A stretch of DNA of 64,000 nt. Origin: Octopus sinensis (lineage: Eukaryota). This document shows, in pieces, positions 37,611 to 51,043 of this stretch; the stretch's first letter is position 1, and each line of letters starts with the position of its first letter. The stretch covers positions 7,812,001 through 7,876,000 of the forward strand of contig NC_043000.1 in NCBI RefSeq assembly GCF_006345805.1, written 5' to 3'. The notes beneath the pieces are model-generated. The model was given only the letters and a program-made list of their open reading frames with translations, was not told the DNA's origin and searched no databases. A program made the translations under genes and the position numbers.

Positions 37611-38530
37611 ATATATAAGATGGGATGGGCACTGCTGGAAGATTTTTGATCAAAGGTCTGCTCCATCAATGGCTGACCTATGGCTAAACATCATCATCAT
37701 TTAACATTTGTTTTTCATGTTGGCATAGGTTGGATGGTTTGACCGGAACTTGTAGGGCCAGGCTCCATTGTCTGTTTTGGCACGGTTTCTATGGCTGGAT
37801 GCCCTTCCTAGCACCAGCCACTTCATGAGTGCTTTTCATGTGGCATCATCACCAGTTCTTTGTATGTGACCTAGCAAAAAAAGAAAAAAAACCCTCAGCT
37901 GGGAGGTAATATTGATGGGGAATGGATTTATGTGAGTTGATGAGAGATTAAAAGTATAGAGGGACAGGGATAGGTGACAGGCTGTAGAGTAGGTACATGG
38001 ATACCCCATATGGAAGATAAAGATAAAGAGAGTGGGTGAGTTAAAGAGTAAAATAGAGAGAGCAATAGTGATAGAGATGCTGGTGAAGATGTAATGAGAC
38101 TTGCCCTCAAGGGTCATTGAGGTCGGTGAGAATAAGTGGAGTGATGCAGAGGTTTGGACTGGGTGAGTGGATAGGTTGGAGGTGACTAAAACAAATGGAG
38201 GGAAATATAGGGGTGGGAGTTGTGGTTGTGTGTAAGGGCATTGAGGGTGATAGCAGATAAGGTGAAGTGTTACTCATGCAGGGAAGAAAAGGCACAGAAA
38301 GGAGTTGATTGGTGGAGACAGTAGGCAGGGAAGGAAGTGGAAGTGTTTGGAGGGGGGTAAGGAAACAAAATGGGGATGTATATGCACAAAAAAAGAAACC
38401 CTTTGGAATAGAAGATGAACTCTCTTCTTCTCATATTTGTGTTGCAATACAAGCAGTGTATTTTGATTAATTTTGGAAACCACGAAGAATTTAATAAAAT
38501 TATAACCTAGTCACCCGTATAGTCAACCAG

Positions 38531-40048
38531 GTGATACACGAAGGAGTCATACCCAATGACTGGTGCAGCAGCATACTAGTCAACTGCTACAAAGGTAAAG
38601 GTGATGCCCTAGATACAAATAATTACAGAGGTATCAAGCTGTTGGATCAAGTAATGAAGGTTACGGAGAGGGTCATAGCCCAACTAATTAGAGAGAGAGT
38701 TAGTTTAGATGAGATGCAGTTTGGGTTCGTGCCAGGAAAAAGTACCACTGATGCTATATTCCTGGTAAGGCAGCTGCAGGAGAAATACCTAGCCAAAGAT
38801 AAGCCCCTGTACCTGGCTTTCGTTGACATGGAGAAAGCTTTTGATAGGGTCCCCCGATCCCTTATCTGGTGGTCAATGAGGAAACTAGGGATAGATGAAT
38901 GGCTGGTGAGGACTGTGCAAGCCATGTACAGAGATGCCGTAAGTAAGGTTAGGGTTGGCAACATGTACACAGAAGAATTCAAAGTAGAGGTTGGGGTCCA
39001 CCAGGGTTCAGTACTCAGCCCCCTCCTATTTATCATAGTACTCCAGGCAATTACGGAGGAATTCAAGACAGGCTGTCCCTGGGAGCTCCTCTACGCTGAC
39101 GACCTTGCTCTTATTGCTGAGTCACTATCAGAACTGGAGGAGAAGTTCCAGGTGTGGAAGGAGGGTTTAGAATCAAGGGGCCTTAGAGTCAACCTAGCTA
39201 AAACCAAAGTACTAATAAGTAGAAAGGTAGACAATCCACAAATATCTTCAGGAAGATGGCCCTGCTCAATCTGTAGAAAAGGTGTAGGTAGAAACTCTAT
39301 AAGATGTACCCAGTGTAAGCTATGGACACATAAGAGGTGCAGCAATGTCAAAGGTAGGCTAACTGGGAAGATAGTTTTTGTATGTGGCAGATGCTCGGGA
39401 GCATTAACCTCCGAAAATCTGCAGAAAACAACTTCCGTCACTTTCCAGGGGGAAAAACTAGAAGTAGTTGATAGCTTCCGTTATCTAGGTGACCAAGTCA
39501 GTAGTGGGGGTGGGTGCGCTGAAAGTGTAACTGCTAGAATAAGAATAGCCTGGGCAAAGTTTAGGGAGCTCTTACCTCTGCTGGTGACTAAAGGCCTCTC
39601 GCTCAGAGTAAAAGGCAGACTGTATGATGCGTGTGTACGAACAGCCATGCTACATGGCAGCGAAACATGGGCTGTGACTGCTGAGGACATGCGTAAGCTC
39701 GTGAGGAATGAAGCCAGTATGCTCCGATGGATGTGTAATGTCAGTGTACATACTCGACAGAGCGTTAGCACCTTGAGAGAAATGTTGTACCTAAGAAGCA
39801 TCAGTTGTGGTGTGCAAGAGAGACGATTGCGCTGGTATGGTCATGTGGCGAGAATGGATGAAGATAGGTGTGTGAGAAAGTGCCAATCCCTAGCAGTTGA
39901 GGGAACCCGTGGAAGAGGTAGACCCAGGAAAACCTGGGACGAGGTGGTGAAGCACGACCTTCGAACTTTAGGCCTCACTGAGGAAATGACCAGAGACCGA
40001 GACCTTTGGAAATATTCTGTACGTGAGAAGACCAGGCAGGACAAGTGA
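38531..40048 (+). CDS. RTE reverse transcriptase (N-truncated, no APE) with PHD-like insertion
   Basis: YKGKGD...NYRGIKLL, QFGFVPGKSTTDAIF, AFVDMEKAFDRV, GVHQGSVLSPLLF, LYADDL, FRYLG, RLRWYGHVAR, RGRGRPRKTW. Confidence 0.9.
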   Translation: MIHEGVIPNDWCSSILVNCYKGKGDALDTNNYRGIKLLDQVMKVTERVIAQLIRERVSLDEMQFGFVPGKSTTDAIFLVRQLQEKYLAKDKPLYLAFVDMEKAFDRVPRSLIWWSMRKLGIDEWLVRTVQAMYRDAVSKVRVGNMYTEEFKVEVGVHQGSVLSPLLFIIVLQAITEEFKTGCPWELLYADDLALIAESLSELEEKFQVWKEGLESRGLRVNLAKTKVLISRKVDNPQISSGRWPCSICRKGVGRNSIRCTQCKLWTHKRCSNVKGRLTGKIVFVCGRCSGALTSENLQKTTSVTFQGEKLEVVDSFRYLGDQVSSGGGCAESVTARIRIAWAKFRELLPLLVTKGLSLRVKGRLYDACVRTAMLHGSETWAVTAEDMRKLVRNEASMLRWMCNVSVHTRQSVSTLREMLYLRSISCGVQERRLRWYGHVARMDEDRCVRKCQSLAVEGTRGRGRPRKTWDEVVKHDLRTLGLTEEMTRDRDLWKYSVREKTRQDK

Positions 40049-40134
40049 GCCCAGCCCACTTATGAATGCCTTTCCTCCCTTGGACACAAAGACCGGTTGA
40101 GGCAAGCGAAGTCGATATAGAACCTCATCCGACG

Positions 40135-40592
40135 ACAGACACCCATCCCAACCCCCCATGCTTGCGAAGACATGTTGGGGCAAGCGAAATCGAGATCGAA
40201 ATCGAAACCGAATTGAACCAGCCAGGATCCCTGGCCTGGTGGTACGTAAAAAGCACTATCCGACTCGGGGCCGTGGCACGTAAAATACTCCAATGCGACC
40301 GTACGACAGGCACCCATGCCAACCCCCTTTGCTTGTGAAGACATGTTGGGGCAAGCGAAATCGAAATCGAATTGAACCAGCCAGGATCCCTGGTCTGGTG
40401 GTACGTAAAAAGCACTATCCGACTCGTGGCCGTGGCACGTAAAATACTCCAATGCGACCGTACGACAGGCACCCTTGCCAACCCCCTTTGCTTGTGAAGA
40501 CATGTTGGGGCAAGCGAAATCGAAATCGAATTGAACCAGCCAGGATCCCTGGTCTGGTGGTACGTAAAAAGCACTATCCGACTCGTGGCCGA
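40135..40592 (+). repeat. ~160-170-bp tandem repeat (about 2.7 copies) in the RTE 3' UTR
   Basis: GAAGACATGTTGGGGCAAGCGAAATCG at 40166, 40337 and 40496. Confidence 0.9.
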
Positions 40593-41371
40593 TGCCAGCA
40601 CCGCCTCGACTGGCTTCCGTGCCAGTGGCACATAAAATACACCAATCTGACCGTGGCCGTTGCCAGCCCCGCCTGGCACCTGTGCAGGTGGCACGTAAAA
40701 AGCACCCACTACACTCACGGAGTGGTTGGCGTTAGGAAGGGCATCCAGCTGTAGAAACATTGCCAAATTAGACTGGAGCCTGGTGCAGCCTTCTGGCTTC
40801 CCAGAACCCCGGTCGAACCGTCCAACCCATGCTAGCATGGAGAACGGACGTTAAACGACGATGATGATGATGATGAATAAGATTGTGTTTAAAACAAATT
40901 AAATTGAAATTTTAATGGAAGTTTCTATCATAGAACTAAGGTGGTCTCAGGCAGATTGGTAACAAAAGGATTAAATAGAAATGTTCTTTTATGTATTTGG
41001 TTTGCAAAATTCTTGATGTGGACCTATGTGTTGAATCAGATTTTGTTGTATCTTGAGAGGGTTATTTGACCAACCATTCAACAAATTAGCTCCAGGTTGG
41101 CTCTAGATTCTGGTGCAAAGAAGGCATGTCATTGATGAAGTTACAAATGCTAATGAAAGGACATAATGAACCTTGTTCATTAACTGATAGACTTAACAAT
41201 TGATTAGTTAATTGGTTACATGATTAACTAGTTCATTATTGTTTAACATCCTTATATATATATATATATATGATTAACACACAAACATACACATATATAA
41301 ATATGTATAAAGATATATTTGTATCTATCTGTCTGTCTACATAGGTGTGTGTACATACATATATGTGTATG

Positions 41372-41412
<41 letters not shown>

Positions 41413-44349
41413 AGAAAAAGAAAAATGATATATATTTAACATTGAGGTCATCTGCAAACTAGATTGGAAAAATAATAAAAAGGATATATTATTGATGTGA
41501 AGAAATATTAAATCTGTCTAGCAGCCAGATTGGATTAAATTCATGCTTAAAAATCTCTCTATGTAAAAGTTTACATTGAATTAATCCTTTTGTTTTTACT
41601 GAAGCATGTATTGTTCATGTTTCTAAAACATTACAAAAGCTGTAATATGGATAGTTATTGGTAAGTGTGCAAATAGATTAGATTATGGATGCTAGAAGAG
41701 ATATATGGTAACACACAGGTGATTTTTCAATTTTTCCCCACCACTGTCTCTAGTTGTATAATTTCATTCTGGCTGTAGTAATCAAACAAGACTGCAAATT
41801 GGTAGAAGACTTTGGTAGCGTTTTGTTGCTGTTTTTTTTTTCTTTTTGCGTAGTTTCTTGGCTTCTAATTACATTTCTTTTGTAGATAGTATGTTTTTCT
41901 CTTGTCAAAGAACTAGTCAAGCAAACATCTAAAATGTTGTTGAATTACTGAGCTTGCAAAATTATAGGTGAGTGGTTGTTTCGGATGGAATATATGGTAT
42001 AGAAAAGAATTTTAATTATTTCTCAAAATACAACGAAACATTTCATCTTTTGTAACTAATTTCATAAGAGCTTAGATGACCAATTCTGTAAGTTACCAAA
42101 TAACCAGCTGCATGATTGATAGTCTGAATTTTATTGTTGCCACAATGTTATTATCTTTGGTTAAAGCAGTTAATCCTCGACTGTTGATTCTGCTTGGTCG
42201 AAAGTCTTTACTATAAACTTAATTCATGTGTAGATCATTTATTTGTTTCAGTAACTGGACTGCTGCCAAGTTGGGGTACTGTCTTGAAGAATTTTAGTTG
42301 AACAAGTCAAGCCCAGTACTTATTTTTTAATTTTTTAAAGCCTGATATGCTTATTTTATTGGTGTCTTTTCCCAAACTGCTAAGTTACAGTGACATAAAC
42401 ACACCAATACCAGTCGTTATGTGGTGGTGGGGGGGACAAACACAGGCACAGAAATGCACACACACATACATAATACAAACACACACACACACACACACAC
42501 ATACTAGCAGAGATACCCAGTGTTACTTGGGATTGAAATGGCATAGTTTGTATATATGTATATAACAGAGTTATGTTGAAACAGGTGATATGGCAAAGTT
42601 CAGCATTGATGACAAAACTGCTGTGGAGTAAATTTTAAAGCTATGCAGAAATGACAATTTGAGTTTAGCACATCAATTTGGACAGAGTTATAATTTTTAT
42701 AAGGATGGAATGAATCATATCTGAAAGCAGCTCCAGGAATTGTGAAGAACGAATTTGTACATTGTCTGTTTCTCAGAGCTATTCTATTGGACCTCCTGTG
42801 TAATCTGGCATGATACATGTTGTTTTAATGACTCAGCGTTAAGTGCTGCAGCATGTCTTTGCTGATCTTGAGAAAGTCTCATCTCCCTTATCTCTTGAGA
42901 CTCTCACCTATGGTTTTCTGCAATCCTCCTTGCTTGATAGGTGTTTCTGGAGAGAGTATGATTTTTCTTTGGTGGCATGTTTGTTTTTCAATATTATAAA
43001 CAAAAAAATTATGAACATAGAAAAAAAATATATTAATCTCTATTTTTGTTAGCAGTTGTATGTATGTAGTACGTCTGTATTTTTGTATGCAGCATAAATT
43101 AACCAAATATAAGCAAACTCTAAGTACCTTGTAACTGCTGTGGTAATTATGGACTGGTAATTGAACGGTAGATGTGTATTTTCATATACCTTGGGCATGC
43201 CACCTAATTGTTTTTGTCAAGAATTTTGCCTCCAGCCATTCTCATCACATATGTATACATATGTGTAGATGTGTGTGTGTGTGTGTGTGTTTAATAACAT
43301 ACATAATGAATGCACAAACACACACACACTCACAGACACACATTCATATACAAAATGTGATGATACACATACATAAACTCTCACATATAGTCACATACAC
43401 ATAGTAAGAGACACATACAGGCATACATTCATGTATGTCAGTCTTCACATGTATATGTAAATGTGTGTGTGTGTGTTTAGTAACATACCTAGTGTGGAAA
43501 CACACAAAGTCACAGAGACACACACACTCATACACCCACACACGTATGCATTCATAAACAAAATGTGACGTCATCGTTGCCATGTTATAAAATGTCCTTT
43601 ACTATCTTGTACGTATCGAATGTGCAGACTCATACGCACAGACACTTACACACTCATATAAAATGACCTGTATTATAGTTAACCATAGAAAGTCTATGTC
43701 TATGAAATGTTATATTAATTTAATGGAAATGGAAAAAAATTACATATTGACGGTTGTGGGGTGTAATACTATATTGTATTACACCCCACAACTGGGTCAC
43801 CCTGACCAGCCATAATGAATAACCTCTCAGTATACACGTATATGTGTGTGTAATAAGAAATGTAGAAAATATTGTTATTTTTTAATGAGTCAACAGCCAA
43901 AATAGTGAGAAAATGAGTTGCCAACTCATTGAAACACAAGTATATCAAGGCATAAAATACCAATAATGTTTTTTGCATTCATTGTTATATAATGTGGCTC
44001 AGAGACTCTGCACTTTAGCTTATTCTTTGATGTGGTTTCTGAATTTATAGTATGTATTGTATAAGAGTTTGATATGGAGCACATTGCTGAGCACTAATCT
44101 CACTGAGTTAGTAGTGATGGGTTTAAGTCTATCTGTAGGCATGAAAAAATGAAGAAGTCATTGAGTCTTCTGGTAGTTGACTTTTTCATGTAGGCATGGG
44201 GGTATATAAAATGTGAGCACTAATAAATTTGAATCAATTCATCAGAGAATCCTACCTACTTCTCTTACAAAAACTGAACTGATATTTAAGCTAGAAACTG
44301 TTATTAAAAATATATTATTTTGAGTATTTCAAACTTGAATCAATTAACA

Positions 44350-44620
44350 AACAACACCACAGATTTGATCAGACCATCAGATGCTGTTATACACCGCTAG
44401 TCCCATATGCGCTTCAAATCCTGTCTTGACTGTGTCATTCTTTACCATCTTGACCCAAATTGCTTGACTAAATCATCTGTGATCTTTTCTGATTTCTTGG
44501 AGATCACTCAGCAACTGCACAAGTCCCTCTGTTGTCTGTGAACCTTGTGACATATCCAGCCTTGCAGAATTTGTGCTTATGCTACTCTGTGATCAGATTG
44601 TTCACTCTGCTCCATTCTTC
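44350..44620 (-). mobile_element. RTE LINE 3' end (third subfamily)
   Basis: Minus-strand KAGYVTRFTDNRGT...E*SPR..KR resembles WAGHVARRTDNRWT..EW.PR; its UTR matches the 53800 SINE tail. Confidence 0.6.
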
Positions 44621-45054
44621 AATTATCTCATTTTGAAACAAACACAGTTTATAAACATGCTACAACCTCAGTTTCTAACTATGACTGATATTTTCCAATT
44701 TTGAAATGTTCTCATACTAGTGACTACATGCTACATGTGTAGCCATTTGTTACATCTTCGTCAAAGATGTTTCAAATGGTTTTGTTTTATTTGTAGTATT
44801 GTTGTTAATTGGTAAAATGACAGAAACCTGACTAACAACTTGTCTAATCTATAGTTTGTATCCTGTTACAGATGTTTTGTTTTATCCACTTTCAAAAGAC
44901 TTTATCCTTGACATAGTACATTTTATTGCTAATAAATATAATCTATTTGTACAACTCACTATTGCAAGCAATCAGAGAACTCTAGAATTAATGTTTGTTA
45001 GCTCATAGTGCTTAGTTATTCCATTAATATCATTTGTTATTCCATTAATATTAT

Positions 45055-45385
45055 TTATAACCCTGTGCATGTGAGCGAAGCAGGGCTATTGTAGTCACTC
45101 TTTTTTGTCTGTGTGTTTTCAAAATTACTGGGAAACGGCTGAATGGATTTTCACGATATTTGGCAGAAATACTCATTGGGTGAATGGCTCAGACTCATTA
45201 AATTTTGGTTTGATTATCTTCAAACTGGTGGATGGGTGAATCAAAATTTTTTCTATGTTACATATTCATAGACAATAAGCATGGGAAATAACTCTTGATG
45301 TCATTTTGTTGAAATATGAATTCTTCTGAGAATATATTTGTTGCGTACAGGGTATGCATTGTCTCTCCGGTGCCTTTTTCTACAT
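45055..45385 (+). mobile_element. DINE-1-like (Helentron-associated) non-autonomous element
   Basis: 5' TTATAACCCTG with adjacent inverted CAGGG, GTCTGT core, 3' CAGGGTA followed by hairpin GCATTG-TCTCTC-CGGTGC. Confidence 0.55.
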
Positions 45386-47489
45386 TACTTATGGTGTTAC
45401 TTGTATTTGCCCTTTGTTATTGTATCTGTGTCATGCTAACCCAGAATAAATAGTATGCTATTTCATCTAAGGATCACCATTTTAAGGAGTTATTGAGGTA
45501 TAACTAACTTGATTTTAATGGACATCATTTGATTGATTTTGTCAATATCTAAGGAAGAAAAATCTAGAAATATCTAAAAAAAAAAAATTCTCTAGGAACT
45601 CAAATCTAATGTTGATTTAATCAGACTGTTGAAAAGTTATTGAACTACATGAATATTTTATTGGTTTTATGCTACTCCTACATAGTGGAAGCACTGAATG
45701 TTTAGCCAAAAGTATTGATTAGTCGTGTCTTTTGAGACATTGATCAATATTGCTTGCTGGTTTGATTAGGAAACATAAATGAGTGGTGAAAGTTTTGGCA
45801 TTTTTTATTTATTGGTTTTTATCATTTTTATAAACAAGAGGAAAGAGTAATGTTGAAAACCATGGGAAATGGTAAACTAAACATGAAAATTTATGTATGG
45901 GAATCAAGAAGAGTAATATTATTTATCTATTAAACCAATCATTGTTCCATAGCAATATCAAATGATATGTTAGCATTGCTAAGAAACTAACTAAATACAG
46001 TCAACATAAAGTTGATTTCAAATACCGGAAAAGGCAAATTAGTTATGATGGCTTCAGCATTGCATGAAAGTTCAGCAGTCAAGACCTAGAGTATTTTATC
46101 TTTATTGAATTATTTAAAAAGGGGGAAGAAAAAATCTGAAATATAAATGGAAAAATCAATCATTTGATATTTAGGAGAAAACATGTATTCTTAGGATTTA
46201 TTCAATAATGAAACAATTGGTTGTCTGCATTGAAACTCAAGTTGTAGCTTTAACATGATTAACAGTATAATAAGCCTCGTTGTTCAATGATGAGATTTTC
46301 AATGTGAAATTCTCTTTAAAATGTTAAGAGGAAGATAATTCAATTAATTTTGATAAATTATTCTCGGGCATGAAAATTTCTTTAAATAATTTTTCTGTTT
46401 TTCCTCTCCACTATTAAATAGCTGTATACAAACATATCTAAATTAGTTAACTAATCATTTATATTGTCAAAATTCCCATGTTAAGTAACAAACCATGAAA
46501 GAAAAGCTTAAATATTTACATTCCCATTTATGGCATCACCCACTCAACTTGCCCTGTCTTCCCATTTGTGCAAAACATCAAAAGTTTATAAGATCAACAG
46601 GCCAAGCTCTACAAATATTACATAATCATTAAGGCTTCAGACAATGAGCTCATTGCATAATATGGAAATGTCACAATGCAGTAATCATTACATACATATA
46701 AGGAAGGTGAGTATATCTGATATATTATGCATAACAGAGTAGTGAAAGTCTTTGTGCTGTAAGCAGTGAGGTTAGTGAAAATTTTCACTTGTTTATTTAA
46801 AAGTTGTCTGTTCATGAATAATTTTTGAATGCAGAATTAAGTTTAATCTAAAGTTGTCACTCATCAAAAGATCACTAAGAATAGAGCTAAGTCCTTTATT
46901 TACTGGCAAAATATGTCATAGAATGGATAACCTATTTGAATAACTTTGATTTTTTTTGTTTGAAAATATTCTTTAATATTGAACAGATTGTAGATTATCT
47001 AAAAAATTTTTTTTTAAATTATCGATTTTGGGAGCAATTTTCAAAGCTAGGTATAGACTATGTAAGAGGGCTATGATATCTCTGTATTATAGCAAAACTT
47101 AAATGAATGGAATTGATATTAAACATTTTCAGCACAGTTGCAAATTTGTAAAACTAAAAGTTAAAAAATAAAAAGTTAAAAAAAAAAGATTATTTCTTTT
47201 TTTATAAAGATAACTAATTCTACCTCCCAAGCTATGATACAGAATATCAAACATCAAAGATGAGTGTTGAACCTTTACGTAATAATCTGCATAGATGTTT
47301 GAACCTGAGGCAGTCATATTTGAAAGATCTGACTGTAGAATGTCCCTGCAATGTGTTGATATCTCATATAAAATCACATTAAACTAAGTTCAAATCAAGA
47401 GAAAACTTTGATGACCAACCAATAATTTTCTATGTTAAAACAAAAATGATAATCTTCAAATGAACAATTTGACAAATGTCTGCTTTTAT

Positions 47490-47521
<32 letters not shown>

Positions 47522-47646
47522 GTATATAATATATATGTATATAATATATATGTATATAATATATATATATATATGTATATATCATCATCATTATCATCGA
47601 AAGCGGACATTAAATGATGATAATGATAATATATATATATATATAT

Positions 47647-47732
<86 letters not shown>

Positions 47733-47759
47733 CACATTATCTATCTATCTATCTATCTA

Positions 47760-48420
47760 TCTATAAACAAGGGAAAGCAAGTTAGACAGATCAATATATA
47801 TTTCACTATATTAATAATACATGAAATACAAGAAATGTATACAAAAAATGTAAATATGTCTAAATACAAAAAGGGCTGAATTACACAGAATACAAATAAA
47901 ATAGGAGAGTAAAGGGGTTGAAGAAAAGTATTACAAACCAACAGCTGTTTCTAGGGGCTCAGTAGTCCAAAATAATGTTTGTAGATTGATTCCATCATAG
48001 GATGAGATGATCCTCCGTCTTCAGGGAAGAGATCTTAAATTTAAGGTGTTAAAAGAAAGAAGTTCAAAGGTGGAATGATTTTGTGGAGCCCTAAATGTAT
48101 TAGAGGAGGGAGTTTGGGAGGTATTCAGATAGGGAATAGTGAGAGGAGAAAATAAATATCAAGAGTGTGGGGTTAATAGTAGAGAGTTATAGTAGTAGAG
48201 GTGGAAAGTAGGAGGAAGAGGTGGGTGTCGTAGGTAGCATGTGAATGGTAGTCTATGGTGTTAGTTTGTATGAAGGGTATAGAATTAATGGTTGAGATAG
48301 TGAGAAAGGGAATGGCCATTATTTGAGGGAAATAAGTTGACTGGTTCAGTGGCTGAGGGAGATTAGTAAGGTAGGTAGAGAGGTATGAGGGAAGATAGGG
48401 GGAGTTGTAATGGAACTGGT
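47760..48420 (-). mobile_element. probable Penelope-like 3' remnant with degenerate hammerhead
   Basis: Minus-strand CUGAAGA...GAA-ACAGCUGU-U at 47938-48026; 3' end abuts a microsatellite. Confidence 0.4.
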
Positions 48421-49002
48421 TGATTCTTTACACTGTTTGGGTGCAACCAATTTCCTTTCTTTAGTTTCCAGAAACTACCAGTCAGGAACAAAAACGCAAC
48501 CTTAAAAATATATATGACTCTTTATTTTCTTATTTACAAAAGAAGTACGTTGGTATATTGGTATCCACTTGGATCGATATAGCAAGGCTGAATTTTAACA
48601 TTTGTAAGATAAACCTCACAACAAATTCAGCAGCAACAGAGCAGGTCAAATCCTAAGCGTCTGGGACCGGAGAATAGGCTGATCACATGTTTAACATGTC
48701 CTTTCTCTTCAATAGCCGTGTCTCAAGTCAACGACGCTAACAAGGAACGCGATAGAATTTTCTTTTCCAGTCTCTAGCACATGTGCATGAGGGAACTTCC
48801 TTAGGCCTTTCCAGAAGGTTCCAGCCCCGCACACGCACACTGAAGAATGACATTCTGCACACGCACACTGGGAAATGATGTCACTACAGAGTGAATAGAG
48901 TGGGGGGGGGGCTGAGTTGGCAGTCAATATAGCAGTGGTTAGTGGTACAAAGGAATTGGGTTTGTGTCTGGAGGGGGAGTGCAATGGTATGCAGTGTATT
49001 AA

Positions 49003-49236
49003 GGTGGCGAGCTGGCAGAAACGTTAGTACACCGGGCGAAACGCTTAGTGGTATTTCGTCTGTCATTACATTGTGAGTTCAAATTCCGCCGAGGTCGACT
49101 TTGCCTTTCATTCTTTCGGGGTTGATAAATTAAGTACCAGTTACGCACTGGGGTCGATGTAATCAACTTAATCCCTTTGTCTGTCCTTGTTTGTCCACTC
49201 TATGTTTATCCCCTTGTGGGTAGTAAAGAAATAGGT
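49003..49236 (+). mobile_element. SINE family B
   Basis: Near-complete copy. Confidence 0.85.
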
Positions 49237-49239
49237 ATG

Positions 49240-50400
49240 CAGAGGTGTATGAAATTGAATAGAGGGGAGTAAATAGGGAGGGGATAGAGGTTAACAGGTT
49301 AGTATCCAAAGGTGTTCTGTACCAAATGCAGGTGCAATACTCCATTGTGAGTCCACTCGAACCTTGTAGATTATCAGCAGCTGTTGAAGAGTGAAATATA
49401 TTCTGACAATGAAGAGAAGGGCCTGTCAATGGGATGATCTTGGTTGTGCCAATGATATGTTTTTGCTAGCAAGTAGATCATAAAAAGAGAAAAGTTGGGT
49501 ACAAAACTAAACGCTGAAGCAGATCAAGAATGGGTCTGAACGAACTCCATGAATACATGCCATGGTGCTGTAGTTAAATAGAAAGTTACTAATTCAAAAG
49601 ACAAAAGATATGTGGCTCCTATTAGTGAGAAGTTATGATAGATTTACATTCTAGATTTCATTGAAGACTTTGCTAATGTTTAGAGCAACAACATTGTGTT
49701 ATTTGAACTTCTCTGGCACAAAACCCCTCTGATGAGAGTAGGTTGTCAGTGGGTTTGGCTCTGCAGAAGCTGTACTGTTGGTCACTAAAGAGAGATTCAA
49801 AGTGCCAGTGTCTCAATTACCTCAGGGATACTAAAGGTGAGAGCAATAGAATGATGATTGACTGGATCAGATGGGGTTGCCTTTCTTTGGAATGGGAAAA
49901 TGCATCCTTACAAATGTCAGGGTATATCCCTGTAGAGAGTGAGAGATTAAAGAGTTTAGTAAGTATAGGAGCTGGTTGTAGGGTTCAGCTCTGGAATTAA
50001 ATGGAAGGGAGATTGTCAGGACCAGTGCCCTTGTTTGTTTGAGGCAACTGGAGATATTTTCACGTTTGGTGTATGTGGAGTGGACAGCTCAGTGGAATGG
50101 AATGAGGTAGATTTGAAGGGGATTGGCCTAATGTATGTAGGCAGCAAAGGTAAAGTGTTTATGGAGCCATTATTGCTCAAAAGAGGAAGCAAAGAGGACC
50201 TACAAATTTGGTGTAGGTACTTTTGGCTAGGAACCAAAAGGCTTGACTGCTGCTTAGGAGGCAGCAAAGCCTGAGAACTGTAATGCAGGAAGGCATCCTT
50301 TGCATACCAAATAATGACCTCACAAGAGTTACTATGCTAGATGAATGCCAACCAATTTTAGGAAGTGGACGAGTCCTGGAGTTGTATACTTTAGTTTTTG
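49240..50400 (-). pseudogene. degraded CR1/L2-group LINE RT fragments
   Basis: Minus-strand NKGTGPDNLP at about 50010-50037 resembles the KAPGPD motif; 3' TEHLW resembles RT..LWNSLP. Confidence 0.5.
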
Positions 50401-51007
50401 CCCAAACAGCTGCAGTGCATCTACAAGTAACTTATCAGAATTTTTAGTGTTGGGGATGTAAAGGGACTTGCCTAAAAGGATGATTTCAGTTGTCTTCCAG
50501 GCTGTTTGTGATGGATCAGGAGTGAATCACATTGCTGCTAAGGATAAATAGCATAAAACTGCTGACATGAAGTACCGGTCCAGTTATCTCTAGTAGATTG
50601 GGAGTACTTATTTTATTGACCCTTATGTATGAAAATTAAGGATGAATTCATCAGCGTTTTGACTCAGAAAACCAAGAAATTTGCCTTCATAACAGAAATT
50701 GTATTTTATTGTTTTTTAATTACCCAGCTTCCTTAATTATGAATTATTTGAAGAGGGTCAATGCATGTATAACCTTAACCATCACCCAGTTTAACACCAT
50801 CACCTCGCTCTTGGTTTGTTGCAAGCATTTCTTCAACCCCTCATTCCCACAAGTCTTGGAAGCTCTTTATGGGGTTATAGCCATGTTCTTCTTTCCTATG
50901 AGATAAAATTATGATGAATTACCCAGAATGCTACCTGTCTTGGATTCTGCAGTTCTTCACGATATTTATTAAAAAAAGAAGAAACAGCTCTCAATTCTTC
51001 AATATAC

Positions 51008-51043
<36 letters not shown>

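Larger units (their letters stand above)
38500..40877 (+). mobile_element. young 5'-truncated RTE-clade LINE
   Basis: Uninterrupted RT ORF, 3' UTR with tandem repeats, (GAT)n tail. Confidence 0.92.

Noticed and set aside
38490-40886. TSD of the RTE insertion (AATAAAAT versus AATAAGAT)
   Set aside because: A 7/8 match in AT-rich DNA with an uncertain 5' junction; not secure.
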